64,000 nt of DNA from Octopus vulgaris (taxonomy: Eukaryota). The translations under genes were made by a program, and so were the position numbers. Below the pieces are notes generated by a model, which made no database searches, was not told the origin of the DNA, and worked only from the letters and a program-made list of their open reading frames with translations. Shown here piece by piece: positions 13,359 through 27,142 of this stretch. The stretch's first letter is position 1, and the number at the start of each line of letters is the position of its first letter. The stretch lies in the NCBI GenBank assembly GCA_951406725.2, contig OX597816.1, positions 22,506,001 through 22,570,000 on the forward strand. The letters are read 5' to 3'.

Positions 13359-14135
13359 CTTCTTCTTTCAAATTTGCTTCCATTTCTTGCCGAGTGTCTT
13401 CCCGACTCCTAGGGCAAAGAAACTCATATTGGTAGGTCATTAAACTAAACTCAATAGTTCGTTCATTTTTTTTTTTAAGTTAAAAACCTATTACTACATG
13501 GGTAGTAATAATTCTCACAGCGACAATGCTCTTCTCAATACGTGTGGTGTAACAGTTGGAGGCGCAATGGCCCAGTGGTTAGGGCAGCGGACTCGCGGTC
13601 ATAGGATCGCGGTTTCGATTCCCAGACCGGGCGTTGTGAGTGTTTATTGAGCGAAAACACCTAAAGCTCCACGACGCTCCGGCAGGGGATGGTGGGGATC
13701 CCCGCTGTACTCTTTCACCACAACTTTCTCTCACTCTTACTTCCTGTTTCTGTTGTACCTGCATTTCAAAGGGCCGGCCTTGTCACTCTCTGTGTCACGC
13801 TGAATATCCCCGAGAACCACGTTAAGGGTACACGTGTCTGTGGAGTGCTCAGCTACTTACACGTTAATTTCACGAGCAGGCTGTTCCGTTGATTCGGATC
13901 AACCGGAACCCTCATCGTCGTAACCGACGGAGTGCTTCCAAGATGTACAAGTTAAGACAATCTTTTGCACTTCTTGCAGGGATGGTAAGCCAGGGATCAT
14001 TCTCATATAATTTCCGGTTCCCTTCTTGATCATTCCTAGTGCTCCTACGATCTCTGGTATTGGAACCGCCTTGAGATGCCACATTTTCTCAATTTCAATG
14101 TGCAGGTCTTTATATTTTCTGATTTATATTTTCTG

Positions 14136-14137
<2 letters not shown>
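13359..14137 (-). mobile_element. R4/Dong family C, 3' fragment interrupted by a SINE
   Basis: Reverse complement of 9221-9566 extended to KYKDLHIEIEKMW; TAA flanks. Confidence 0.85.
13558..13941 (+). mobile_element. tRNA-derived SINE family B, full-length with 12-bp TSD
   Basis: A box tggcccagtgg, B box gtttcgattcc; flanks ggtgtaacagtt (13546-13557) and gatgtacaagtt (13942-13953); the empty site gatgtaccagtt is present in the 9221 copy. Confidence 0.9.
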
Positions 14138-14192
<55 letters not shown>

Positions 14193-14250
14193 CATCATTA
14201 TCATTATTATTAATATTATTATTATCATTATTATTATTATTATTATTATT

Positions 14251-14788
14251 GAGTGAGAGAGCAGTTCATGCCATCAAAGTGACAATGGGGTAAAATATAC
14301 GAAGCCCAATATACCCATCATGACTACCCGTCTGATAAGGGTACACCAGGCACATGCATCACAACCATATGTGCGCGACATGGTGATCTCATATCAAGAT
14401 AAACAGAACATGATCTTGCAGGTGGGGCCTAGTTAGAATTTTCTTCAGGTTGAGTAACCCATCCCACTCAAAAGGTCCCTGAATAAGGGTTATTTAAGGA
14501 TGTTGAAAGAACCACCCATGTTTCCAGAGGTGAATTATTCAAACCCCAAATAATTCCTCTCAACACATGGCTATGATGCTCCCCCACTACTTCTGCTCGT
14601 GATCAGAGATGCACATATTGTCAGCCACTCGGGGACATGCTCAACTGGTTAAGGTCAAACAACTGACAAGCAAATCTGTGTTATTGAGCAGAATATTTGC
14701 TGTAGCCCATCTTTTATACCAAGACAAAACAATGTACATGATAACACTTCCAGTCAGTTAAGATCAGGAGCCATGAGAGCCACTGCCT
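14251..14788 (-). mobile_element. ~560-bp TAA element, 5'-truncated by ~20 nt
   Basis: (TTA)n-gagtgagagagcag...ccactgcct-(TTA)n. Confidence 0.9.
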
Positions 14789-15424
14789 ATCATTATTATT
14801 ATTATTATCATTATTATTATTATTATCATTATTATTATTGTTATCATTATTATTATTATTATCATTATTATTATTATTATCATTATTATTATTATTATTA
14901 TTATTATTACATACTTTTTAACGTGATTGAATTTGGGCGCACGCTCACATATAGCTGCTTATGTAGATTATTGTGCATTTGTGTGTAAGCGTATTCATAT
15001 ACGTGTGTCTATATGTTAATGCATTTCTATTATTTTTTTCTGATTTTTACCGTTGCATAATGCGAGCGAGGTTTTTCAAAAGGGTAGATTCTTTCATGAA
15101 GAACATTTAGAATTAATCAAGTTAGGTATAGTTCCACTTGCAACGTTCTTTAATAAGAACGTGTTAAAATAAGAAAGCCTTACTTCTTTATTCTTTACAG
15201 TTTTGGAAGAAATATCACATCTTTGATGATTGTGTAGAAAGGAAGAAAAAAAAATATCTGAAAATATAATGAAATCCATACAAAAACGAAAATATGAAAG
15301 CCGCTGTTATAATCATGTATACAAATCTATTAATATTCCAACGGTATTGTTTCACCTCGTTGTCGCTTGCTCCACATACTTTCGCTTCATTTTTTTTTAT
15401 TATTGCAATTATGTTTTGAGTTGC

Positions 15425-16005
<581 letters not shown>

Positions 16006-16711
16006 AATCATTCTTGTTGCTATTAATTTATTGCACTCTTACATCATTTCCTTTTTTTTTCTCTGTGTGTGTGTGTGTATGTGTATGTGTGTGTACATTC
16101 GGATTCCAGTTCTTATTGCTCATTCTTTTACTCTTCTTACGCTATTATTGCAGAGACGTAAATGCATTCTGGTTAAAAAGAAATAGTACAAAAGATAAGT
16201 ACGGCAAAGATCTATACAAACTCTTAATGTATTGTATCAAAGACCGATATCAAAGTGGAATAATATGAATAGGGCATTTGAAGACGGCTGATTTGAGTAA
16301 TTAGATGATAAGCTCACGCAATATCTACACCATATATTCACAAGAATGTAAATTAAATGTGATTCGTATGAAAATCAGTATACATGCGGACATATAGTGA
16401 TGGCGCCATAGGGCTTGATATATTTGAAAATATATATAAATAGCAATACTTTAGAATATATGCTTTTGTGTGCATGTGAGGCAAAAAAAAAAAATCTTTA
16501 CTTGCTCTTACATACAAAGAAATAATGCGGATATTCTCAAACCTCTAGAAAACTATGTTGTATGCATATATTAATTTCGACGCACATATACGAACCTGTA
16601 TGTGTATATATATATGTAGCAGACGGTGTAAAACATTTGCAACAGATTACATAAACCACTTTCTGTGTATGTGTATATGAGTGAGCGTATGCGCCTGCAT
16701 GTGCTTCTATA

Positions 16712-16756
<45 letters not shown>

Positions 16757-16791
16757 GTGTATATATATATATGTATATATATATATATAAT

Positions 16792-16839
<48 letters not shown>

Positions 16840-16880
16840 CATATATATAGAAGCACATATATAAATACATACATATATAT

Positions 16881-16911
<31 letters not shown>

Positions 16912-17529
16912 CGTATTTATATATACTCACACATATATATCCACATACCCACACATGTATATTGATATTTCCATCCTATATTTCAAACTCCATCTCCATT
17001 TCATAGAATATGTACAATATTTCATTTATCCTTTATAATTTCATTCCTCTTCTCTGCATCAATTCTCACGTCAGTGACCTTGAGATGTCTTCAAATATTC
17101 TTTTTCCCTATAGAATTATATCATCTACGTACTATATTTTTTCTTTGGTTTGTTTTACTTTAATATCTCAGCTGCATTCACATGCTTCGTCTTATAGTCA
17201 CCATGTGCCAAAAAACACTATCGCGGTATGAACCACGTCACAATATGATACATGTGTTCCCGCATCGTTGCGTTTCTATGTCTACTGTTAAATCCTATGG
17301 TTGGTTGCAGCCTATTCTCCGATCACGTCCTTTATATCTCAATATTTGGTTTTTCACAATATAAGTATAATTAGAAGAATAATTCTATATTTGTCGAGGT
17401 TATTTCTGCAGCGTATGGCTTTCCTTGTTCGGTGTAGACGAATATGTTACATATCATCCTATGCACCTATATTTCATTCGGCGATGCTCCGAATACCTCT
17501 AGTTAATTATTTCCAGCCTGACAAATGTT

Positions 17530-17830
17530 TCCTTATTTCTTTATTGCCCATGAGGCGCTAAACATAGGGGGGACCTCGGCAGAATTTGAAATCAGAACGT
17601 AACGGCAGGCGAAATACCTATTTCTTTACTACCCACAAGGGGCTAAATACAAAGAAGACAAACAAGGACAGACAAAAGGATTAAGTCGATTACATCGACC
17701 CTACTGCGTAACTGGTACTTAATTTATCGACCCCGAATGGATGAAAGGCAAAGTCGACCTCGGCGGAATTTGAACTCAGAACGTAGCGGCAGGCGAAACA
17801 CCGCTAAGCATTTCGCCCGGCGTGCTAACT
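17530..17830 (-). mobile_element. SINE family A with internal tandem subunit
   Basis: Core and B box repeated; junction gaaatacctatttctttactacccac. Confidence 0.8.
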
Positions 17831-18376
17831 TTTAAAGGCTTCTTTCTGCCCAGACAATTTCTGCAGCGTAGGTCTTTCCCTGTTCGACTGCACACAAACA
17901 CATCAAATGTGATTCTTCACACTTATGTTTCATTCAACTTTTCTTAGTGCGTCTCTAACCGATAAATAATTAATTCCAAGTTGACAAAGCTTTGTGAACA
18001 TCAGCAAATCTCCCATGTGCTGGTCTAACAAGTTGTTAGTGGCTATGGGAAACACACCTTCATATATATAAAATTTAATTCAGTTTTTCTCACACAGATT
18101 TTCTCCAATTACAGTCCTTTTCTCCAGCATATTTCTTCAAGATATGTCTTTTCATGTCCGAACGTACAGGAACGCGTTAAAAATATATCCTATACTGCAA
18201 TGATGATTGAAAGATAATTAGATATCGATTACAATCAGCATATCTTGCTTCTTTCCAATATTCACTGACTTATCCGAAATCTTACATAATGTTTCTGATT
18301 ATATACTGACAATGACCATTGCCAAGTACTCAAATATTTCCTTCACAAATATCCCCTAAAATGATTCTTTCAGCTA

Positions 18377-18937
18377 CTGGGTTGTCCGGAAAGTTCGTGC
18401 GAATTTTTAAAGGAAAGAAGAAGGTCAATAAATACTTGCCATTTTTAATCAACCAAATATGAACCATTTTGTTGGACAATGCGTCTCCATCTTTCCTTTA
18501 ACTTGAAAATACCCGCTTCCCAGAATTGAGGTGGTTTCATGGCAAAGAATTCCTCAAGGTATCTTTGTACGTCACCCAAGGTATTGAGATTTTTACGATT
18601 AAGACTATTCTGCAGAGACCCGAATAAGTGGAAATCCGACGGAGCAATATCTGGTGAATATGGAGGGTGGGATAACACATCCCAGCCGAGCTGCAGCAAT
18701 TTTTGTCTGGTTCCCAAAGCATCAAGTGCCGAAAATGAACTGTCTTTTCTTCCATTTTAAAGGGTTACGGAATTAACACAGGTTATAGGAACATAAAACT
18801 TATTCCACGAAAAGATAGCTTAAACTGTGCTCTAAATGGATATATAGTCAAATCCTATTTTATGGACTCAACCAAGTTATAAAATTAATCGAAAGGTAAG
18901 CTACTATAAACCGGCACGAACTTTCCGGACAACCCAA
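18377..18937 (-). mobile_element. Internally deleted mariner transposon
   Basis: TIRs (c/t)tgggttgtccggaaagttcgtgc flanked by TA; transposase N-terminus MEEKTVHFRHLML fused to C-terminus WDVLSHPPYSPDIAPSDFHLF...GIFKLKERW...NGSY. Confidence 0.93.
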
Positions 18938-19804
18938 TATATCTAGAAGATCGTAAACCCAGACAGTTAAAAGAGTGGCTGTAAAGACTAAGACAAATTA
19001 TTTTTCCTATTGGTATATGTTTGTGGAATAGAATACACCTGATTTTTGATATATTGATATCATATTCACTAATAACAAAGCATAACCCGAAAATGTTAAC
19101 TATGGACAAGACTTATGTGTACCACTTTTCATATGGACAGTCTTAGAAACTGCAGTTAGTTATTAAATGTATACAGAATTGCCATATTATAAACCCTTGA
19201 ATGTCTTCATGACCAGATTCCAGAGCTAGTTGTCGTAAAGATTTATATATTTTTGAAAAATTAATTATTGAAATCTAACACTCAAGGAGATTAATTTTTA
19301 TATTCAATGTAGTTAGACATATTTATACTGTGAGAAATAATATAAATTAGGTTTAAGCAGAATGCTATAGCAATGATGTTGGGAAGCAGTCCGTTAATTT
19401 TGAAATTCGTTCAACGAATCATAAACCTCAGGATACATACCAAAGTAGCAATGAATCAAACACTAGATTGATGTAAAATACTCCACAAGAGTAGGCGTGA
19501 TATATTAGTATGTTTCACTGAGGAAATAAATGTGCTTATTCTCTCGTACAATGTGTTCATTAGTGAGAAGTCTTATCAAATAAAAGGAGAAGCCTTATCA
19601 AATGAAAGCATGTAGAAGATTGTTTCATATAGGTACAAAAAGAAAAATTAAGATAATAGTCATTAATATAAAACTGTTTAATAGGTATTTACCTCGTCGC
19701 ATCGTAAGATATTTAATGCTAAGGAAATAATGTGCTTTAGATTTGATTTAACTATCGGGTTTTTGACAAAGGCGTATTTGGGAAATAAAATCTCATATTC
19801 TTTA

Positions 19805-19906
19805 ATTTTTATTTGTTTTAGTCATTAGACTGCAGCCATTCTGAGGCGTAGACACACAAACACCTGTCGTCAAGCGGTGGTGGGGAACAAACACAGACAC
19901 ACGTAC

Positions 19907-19954
<48 letters not shown>

Positions 19955-20045
19955 GACGGGTTTCTTTCAGTTTCCGTCTACCAATTTACTAACAAGGCTT
20001 TGGTCGGACCGAGGCTATAGTAGAAGACACTTACCCAAGACGTTG
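19805..20045 (-). mobile_element. SINE family C fragment (internal TA/CA microsatellite)
   Basis: gacgggtttctttcagtttccgtctacc...ctatagtagaagacacttacccaag matches 23110 and 58285 copies. Confidence 0.75.
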
Positions 20046-20120
20046 CGTATTTTATTTGTCATCACAGAGAAAATGATAGGTGAAGTTGACTTCAGTTAGA
20101 TTTGAAATTAAATCCCAGAT

Positions 20121-20406
20121 GTTGTTATTTTTTCTCTTGGGCCATGCCTGGTTCATAAGGGGCGGTTTCAATGGCGTATAGTTCCCCCACCTGGATGGGA
20201 CGCCGATCCACCGCAGGTGAGCTGCTAGATGCTGAAGGAAAGAGTGAGCGAAAGAGTCAGCAGAAGTTCGCCATTACCTTCTGCCGGTGCCGCGTGGAGC
20301 TTGGGTGTTTTGCTCATAAACACACACAACGAGCGGTCTGAGATTCGAACCCACGATCCCTCGACCGCGAGTCTGCTGCTCTAACCACTAGGCCATATGT
20401 CTCTAC
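20121..20406 (-). mobile_element. SINE family B variant with 10-bp TSD, inserted in an older family A copy
   Basis: aatcccagat at 20111-20120 and 20408-20417; tRNA head ggcctagtggttagagcagcagactcgcgg on minus. Confidence 0.8.
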
Positions 20407-21686
20407 TAATCCCAGATAAAAAGACAAAATTCTGCAAAGTATCGTGCACAACGTTCCAACGATACTAGGACATATGGCTTACTCCTCTACAGTATTCTTT
20501 CTACAATAGACGCAAGGTTTAAAATTTCGGAGGATTTATTAGTCATATACAAGAACTCCTTTCTTATCCTCTACATATTTTATCTACCTCAAAAGTATGT
20601 AAGCATAACCACGACCTGTGTAAAACTTGAGACCAGAACGCAAAGAGCCGGAAAAAATGCCACCGTAAAGATCTTTGTCCAGTGTACGTATGATCCTACC
20701 AGATTGCTACCGTCCCCATGGAGCCTATTATACAACTATGTAGGTACTCACGTCTGTTTTATCGTGGGCTTTGAGGAGAACTTATCACTAATCAGTGCGA
20801 CAATTAGCAGATCTAATCGGGCCGCATTGTAATAAGCTGGCTTTCCAATTATACACTTCCTGGTTCTGCCACACGCGCTGGTAACTTGGGTAAGTGAATT
20901 CTACAATAGTCCCGGGAAGATTCATGACTTGTAAATGAATTAGGTGAACAAATATAACTATTCTTGAGCGTCTTTGTGCTAGTCACCCCACTAGAGTTTA
21001 CAATCGTTTACAACTAGCGGTTTGGTAAAAAAGAAACCTACATGGCCATCACTACTTTGGTATGTATTCTGAGGGCTAAGATTCGCTGAACGAATTTTGA
21101 AATAACGGTCATATTTTCCAACACTGTTGCTATAGCATTCCACATAAAAACTAATATACACTTTTTTCTCACATTAGAAATATTCCTAACTACACTGAAT
21201 ATAAAAGTTAATCTCTTTGAGTGTTGGATGATGGAATGACTGAATCGTGGAAAAGGTAAAAGAGAAAAAAAACCATCTGCCTGGAGTTGTCTCCCGTCTA
21301 TGTCATACTGATTAAAATAATACCGTTATTTATCTCGTGATCACATTTCGTTATCACTTACATGTTCATAATTAGATCTTCAACTTCCTTAACATTAAAT
21401 ATGTTAACACCAACTTCAACCTTATCATCCGAAGTTTGTTTCCCGGCAAGTATATTTCCAGACATCTGTCTTTAATTATATAGAAGCTCAGACTGTTTGA
21501 GAATCGATTTCAAAAGAGGAGAGACGAAAATATTATATGATCATTTAGATAATTTGTTGAAGATATGTGTGTGTTTGTCTGCGGTTGTGTGAGTGGGTAT
21601 ACATATACATATATATATTTATATATGTTTGTATGTATTTATGTACGTGTATATATATATATATATATATATATATGCATGTATGC

Positions 21687-21718
<32 letters not shown>

Positions 21719-21996
21719 CTATATATATATATACATATGTATGTATATATATATATACATACATACATATATATATTTGAAAAACTTTCTCAAGAACTTA
21801 GTTATACATATATCTGGATGATTGGATGTGTGTGCCCGCCAGTACGCTCGACTGTGTGGGTCTACGTATATATATACTATGCAGATATAACTACAGAAAG
21901 ACGAGTATACCCACGTGCGTGTCTATATGTGTAGATATTATGTATAATCATTTTCTAAGCGCAGCAATAAACTTGTGAGTGCGCAAATATGTATGC

Positions 21997-22029
<33 letters not shown>

Positions 22030-22503
22030 TGTATGTATGTATGTATGTATGTATGTATGTATGTGTGTATGTATGTATGTGCATCGATGTACAAGCACAA
22101 TCTATTTCATAAGCAAAAATAATCTCGATCTATGAAATGTAATCTATTAATTTTTATCGTTCGGGTGATTAATTAAAAGTAATTCCATTTTGTGTTTTGA
22201 TTTCGGTTTCTTTAGCTTTATTGAATATTGACTTTCTTGCTGCTCTCTTTCTTCTATCATTAAAGCTGGTCTTCAGCAGACAATGTATTGTATGTTAGAC
22301 AATAAGACTTCTTAAAAAGGAAATGTAGGGTAAAAGGCAAAAAAACAATTGAGACTATGGTTCTGATTGAAACAAGATAATTGTTAGCTTATCTCATTTG
22401 CGTATTTTTAATAGCTTGACGTTGATACATAAATCACAACAGGCCAAGCACTGATGAAAGAAGGAAAAATATCGTCGACAAATAGAGACATTATATATGT
22501 GTG

Positions 22504-22543
<40 letters not shown>

Positions 22544-22636
22544 CATGAATAAATTTATTTCTACGCGATGGAATCTTACAAACTATTTCTTTTTGCTCGT
22601 ACATCATTTGGTCGTATATAAATAATTACGTACAGA

Positions 22637-22696
<60 letters not shown>

Positions 22697-23109
22697 TGTG
22701 TGTGTATGTATGTGTGTGTGTAGGACTATGCGCACCACCACCGCAATCCTCACCATTACTCACCCACACTTGCTCTCCTCCAAACTCATCCACAAGAATT
22801 ACACACGCATACAAACAAGAGTTTAAAAGAAATTCAAAATGCCTTCTAGGTGCTTACGCTTGTATTGTTTGACCCAAGTCTCCTGGAAATTTTCTGAAAG
22901 TGACAATTATTGTCTTTCCTTTTTTTGTTCAGGTATTCTTAACAAGATGCCGGAAGGACGGTGGCGTTAATTTCACGGCAAGGTGCATTGTGATATATTC
23001 ACCGAGTACCATACGAGAACTGGGTAACATACGTGGTGGACCAGACAGTATGCTGGCGCCAGTCAGTTGATAATTCTATGGAGTAAATGAGTAACATTTA
23101 CTTTTCCCT

Positions 23110-23249
23110 GGAGTGGCTGTCTGGTAAGTAACTTGCTTACCAACCACAATGTTCCGGGTTCAGTCCCATTGCGTGGCACCTTGGGTAATTGTCTACTACT
23201 ATAGCCTTGTGAGTGGATTTGGTAGACGGAAACTGAAAGAAGTCTGTCG

Positions 23250-23291
<42 letters not shown>

Positions 23292-23500
23292 CTTGTGTGT
23301 GCCTGTGTTTGTCCCCCCACCATCGCTTGACAATCGATGGTGGTGTGCTTACGTCTCCGTAACTTAGCGGTTCGGCAAAAGAGACCGATAGACTAAGTAC
23401 TAGGTTTACAAAGAATAAGTCCTGGTGTAGATTTGCTCATCTAGAAGTGGTGCTCCAGCATAGCTGCAGTCAAATGACTGAAACAAATAAAAGAAAAAGA
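23110..23500 (+). mobile_element. tRNA-derived SINE family C, full-length
   Basis: Head ggagtggctgtctggtaag..gggttcagtccc; CORE-like gtggcaccttgggtaa; internal (TA)(TG); tail caaatgactgaaacaa-A-rich. Confidence 0.85.
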
Positions 23501-23852
23501 AAGAATTAGCTGTAACATAGATATCCATATTGATCAAAGAAAAACTAGAAGATAACTTCAGTAGATTTAATTAAAATTTTGAAAATTTGTTTTTTATATT
23601 GATGTTTTCTAGATAAAATTTCCGTTCATGGATTTCATGAACATTCCCAGTCAAAGATTTTTCGGTCGTATATTTGATGCCTGTATGACCCTACATAACG
23701 TTTTATAGTATTTTGTTCCCGGAAGTGAAGAAGCATATTCTCAAACTAATTTAATCCTTTGATAAAACACATAATATACCAGTATATCATATACTAGTAT
23801 ATAACTCCTTCGTACAATGAAACCATCGTTTGATGATACAGTCAGTACTGAT

Positions 23853-24085
23853 AAGGCGGCGAACTGGCAGAATCGTTAGCACGCCAGATGAAATGCTTAG
23901 CGATATTTCGTCTCCCAATATGTTCTGAGCTCAAATTCTGACGAGGTCGACTTTGCCTTTCATTCTTTCGGGGTCGATTAAATAAGTACCAGTTATGCAC
24001 TGGGGTCGATATAATCGACTTAATCCGTTTGTCTGTCCTTGTTTGTCCTCTCTGTGTTTAGCCCCTTGTGGGTAGTAAAAAAATA
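23853..24085 (+). mobile_element. SINE family A monomer with 18-bp TSD
   Basis: gatacagtcagtactgat at 23835-23852 and 24086-24103. Confidence 0.92.
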
Positions 24086-24299
24086 GATACAGTCAGTACT
24101 GATTTTGCGCAGAGACGTGCATGTACAATGTACTTCGCGCGTTCTTCTGTCTCTTTTTACCTATGCTAGCCAAAAATTTACAGCAAAATTTAAGCTCTCG
24201 TTGTTCGAAAAACTTTAAAGTTGCAGTTATTTCCTTAGATCTGTGCTAACAGTTTTATTCCGTTTCAATTTCTTTCCTCAATTGTAAGCAAATTCCAGT

Positions 24300-24950
24300 A
24301 CAATTGCTTTTGAACATCAACATTGAAAATAAATCTTCTTTATGGGAGAAACTCACTGTTTGTCAATCTGCTTACATTCTCCCTACTAAAATTTGATGAA
24401 AACCCTCAAGTCATAACACTGCCCTTGAAAATAGCACAAGCTTTCTTTACTTTCCGTACCTCATAACTAATTTTGCGCATGCTGCTTGTTTGCGAGTTTA
24501 TAAGCACAGCTGAAATAAAACTTCTGAGAGCTCCTTGGAATATTTTCATTGTTCTGCAATGGAATGGATAAGGAGCATTCACACTCCGTATAATGATATA
24601 CAACACTTCCATTTGCTATTCAATATGCACCATCACAAACATCGAGAACATTTGACCTTTCTCCAATATCATTAGTATTCATTTTCCTTCTACTTGTTTC
24701 TTATTCAAAGGATGCTGGCTGTTGCCATATACTTCCTGTAGCAACCGTTGTTTTTCTTCTATTATTTCTAGCTATAAACTTTACTCCACCGACAACACTG
24801 ATATCTGCACGAATATCAAAATATTCTTCTAACCGGCCTGTTTTCATATCACGTTATCTGCTTCTTGTCTTTCATTTTACGTTCCTTCTTCCAGAATCAC
24901 AATGATATCCAATATCTCAGTCTCTTCTGATCAATTCCATCTTCAAACGG
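24300..24950 (-). pseudogene. Possible highly degenerate RTE-like RT remnant
   Basis: MKIFQ..SAVLINSQTS...ISYEVRK resembles the region leading to the RT GVRQG motif. Confidence 0.3.
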
Positions 24951-25269
24951 AAAAAAAATCGGTTAATTATTCAATTAAATCAAGACGTAACTAATATACA
25001 TATACAAACTCAGGAGAATGGCAATCCAAGTCTTTATGTCACAAATTAGCAGTTGCATATGATATTCCTTCAGAATGTAGCACGTTATAAGATTATATTC
25101 TGCTCATGTTTCTGAACAAAAGTTCGATACATGAACGAGGAATCAATATCGTCAGAATATTTCAGCAGTCGCGCAGCCAAATGTGGGTTACGCTAATTTA
25201 TTTCACCGCAGCTATTGCTGACGCACTCTTTGTATTTTCCTGGACTGAAGCCTTATTAACCTATATATA

Positions 25270-25327
<58 letters not shown>

Positions 25328-25346
25328 CATGCATATATCTCTATGT

Positions 25347-25386
<40 letters not shown>

Positions 25387-25609
25387 TCAATATAGGGTGG
25401 CAAAAAAAAAATTTTGTAGAATTCTTTTGCCACCAGCGGCCTAGTGGGAAAAAATTAAATAGTCATAAACCATTTTTAAGTTCAACATCACAATCAAGGA
25501 ACGGCCATAATAGGCCATTCACCCACTAGAAATAACAGCCAAAAGCTTTAACCTCAAAATAACATCAATTCCGTAAACCAGGAGAAAATTAAAAAACATT
25601 TACCCTGTA

Positions 25610-25716
25610 ATTTCTTAGACGATGCACCGTTTCATCTACCGTTTAATGGTAAACTAACCTGATTAAATTAAATCAAGCCAATCTACCATAGGCCCTTAGA
25701 TTCATCAGTAAGAAAT
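25610..25716 (-). ncRNA. Type I hammerhead ribozyme, inverted arm
   Basis: Reverse complement of the unit 1 motif (tcatcag at 25702-25708, gac at 25618-25620). Confidence 0.9.
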
Positions 25717-26052
25717 AGCCAAGTCGGAACAGATATTTTTCACGAGGCATTCTCGTTGCTACCTCGGCAATATCTGACCTAAAATTTTCAAATCGTCGCA
25801 CTCGCGCCAAATTTATCGGCAGCAAATAAATATAAGCCGCCGATTCCATTACGGAATTAACCAGAAAATTCATAATTAATCAAAATAGGGTGGCAAAAAA
25901 AATTTTGTAGAATTCTTTTGCCACCAGCGGCCTAGTGGGAAAAAATTAAATAGTCATAAACCATTACCGAGGTAGCAACGAGGTAGCAACGAGGTAGCAA
26001 ACCGAGGTAGCAACGAGAATGCCTCGTGAAAAATATCTGTTCCGACTTGGCT

Positions 26053-26159
26053 ATTTCTTACTGATGAATCTAAGGGCCTATGGTAGATTGGCTTGATTTA
26101 ATTTAATCAGGTTAGTTTACCATTAAACGGTAGATGAAACGGTGCATCGTCTAAGAAAT
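26053..26159 (+). ncRNA. Type I hammerhead ribozyme, array unit 1
   Basis: Stem I ATTTCTTA/TAAGAAAT; core CTGATGA; stem II ATCTA/TAGAT with long hairpin extension; GAAA; stem III ACGGTGCATCGT; GTC cleavage triplet ending 26151. Confidence 0.9.
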
Positions 26160-26543
26160 TACAGGGTAAATGTTTTTTAATTTTCTCCTGGTTTACGGAA
26201 TTGATGTTATTTTGCGGTTAAAGCTTTTGGCTGTTATTTCTAGTGGGTGAATGGCCTATTATGGCCGTTCCTTGATTGTGATGTTGAACTTAAAAATGGT
26301 TTATGACTATTTAATTTTTTCCCACTAGGCCGCTGGTGGCAAAAGAATTCTACAAAATTTTTTTTGCCACCCTATATTGATTAATTATGAATTTTCTGGT
26401 TAATTCCGTAATGGAATCGGCGGCTTATATTTATTTGCTGCCGATAAATTTGGCGCGAGTGCGACGATTTGAAAATTTTAGGTCAGATATTGCCGAGGTA
26501 GCAACGAGAATGCCTCGTGAAAAATATCTGTTCCGACTTGGCT

Positions 26544-26650
26544 ATTTCTTACTGATGAATCTAAGGGCCTATGGTAGATTGGCTTGATTTAATTTAATCA
26601 GGTTAGTTTACCATTAAACGATAGATGAAACGGTACATCGTCTAAGAAAT
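26544..26650 (+). ncRNA. Type I hammerhead ribozyme, array unit 2
   Basis: Same motif with two substitutions outside the core; GTC ends 26642. Confidence 0.85.
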
Positions 26651-27035
26651 TACAGGGTAAATGTTTTTTAATTTTCTCCTGGTTTACAGAATTGATGTTA
26701 TTTTGCGGTTAAAGCTTTTGGCTGTTATTTCTAGTGGGTGAATGGCCTATTATGGCCGTTCCTTGATTGTGATGTTGAACTTAAAAATGGTTTATGACTA
26801 TTTAATTTTTTTCCCACTAGGCCGCTGGTGGCAAAAGAATTCTACAAATTTTTTTTTGCCACCCTATATTGATTAATTATGAATTTTCTGGTTAATTCCG
26901 TAATGGAATCGGCGGCTTATATTTATTTGCTGCCGATAAATTTGGCGCGAGTGCGACGATTTGAAAATTTTAGGTCAGATATTGCCGAGGTAGCAACGAG
27001 AATGCCTCGTGAAAAATATCTGTTCCGACTTGGCT

Positions 27036-27142
27036 ATTTCTTACTGATGAATCTAAGGGCCTATGGTAGATTGGCTTGATTTAATTTAATCAGGTTAGTT
27101 TACCATTAAACGGTAGATGAAACGGTGCATCGTCTAAGAAAT
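27036..27142 (+). ncRNA. Type I hammerhead ribozyme, array unit 3
   Basis: Same motif; GTC ends 27134. Confidence 0.9.

Noticed and set aside
13558-13635. tRNA gene
   Set aside because: A/B boxes present but no proper acceptor stem; continues into a SINE body with TSD.
17400-17995. Diverged ~120-bp direct repeat around the SINE (17400 and 17855)
   Set aside because: Too long and diverged for a TSD; probably part of an old decayed repeat, no further support.
26387-26587. 66-aa ORF repeated in each array unit (also 25673, 26879, 27370)
   Set aside because: Identity simply reflects the young repeat; it runs through RNA helices and the ribozyme core and has no recognisable motif. Not excluded without ribosome profiling.
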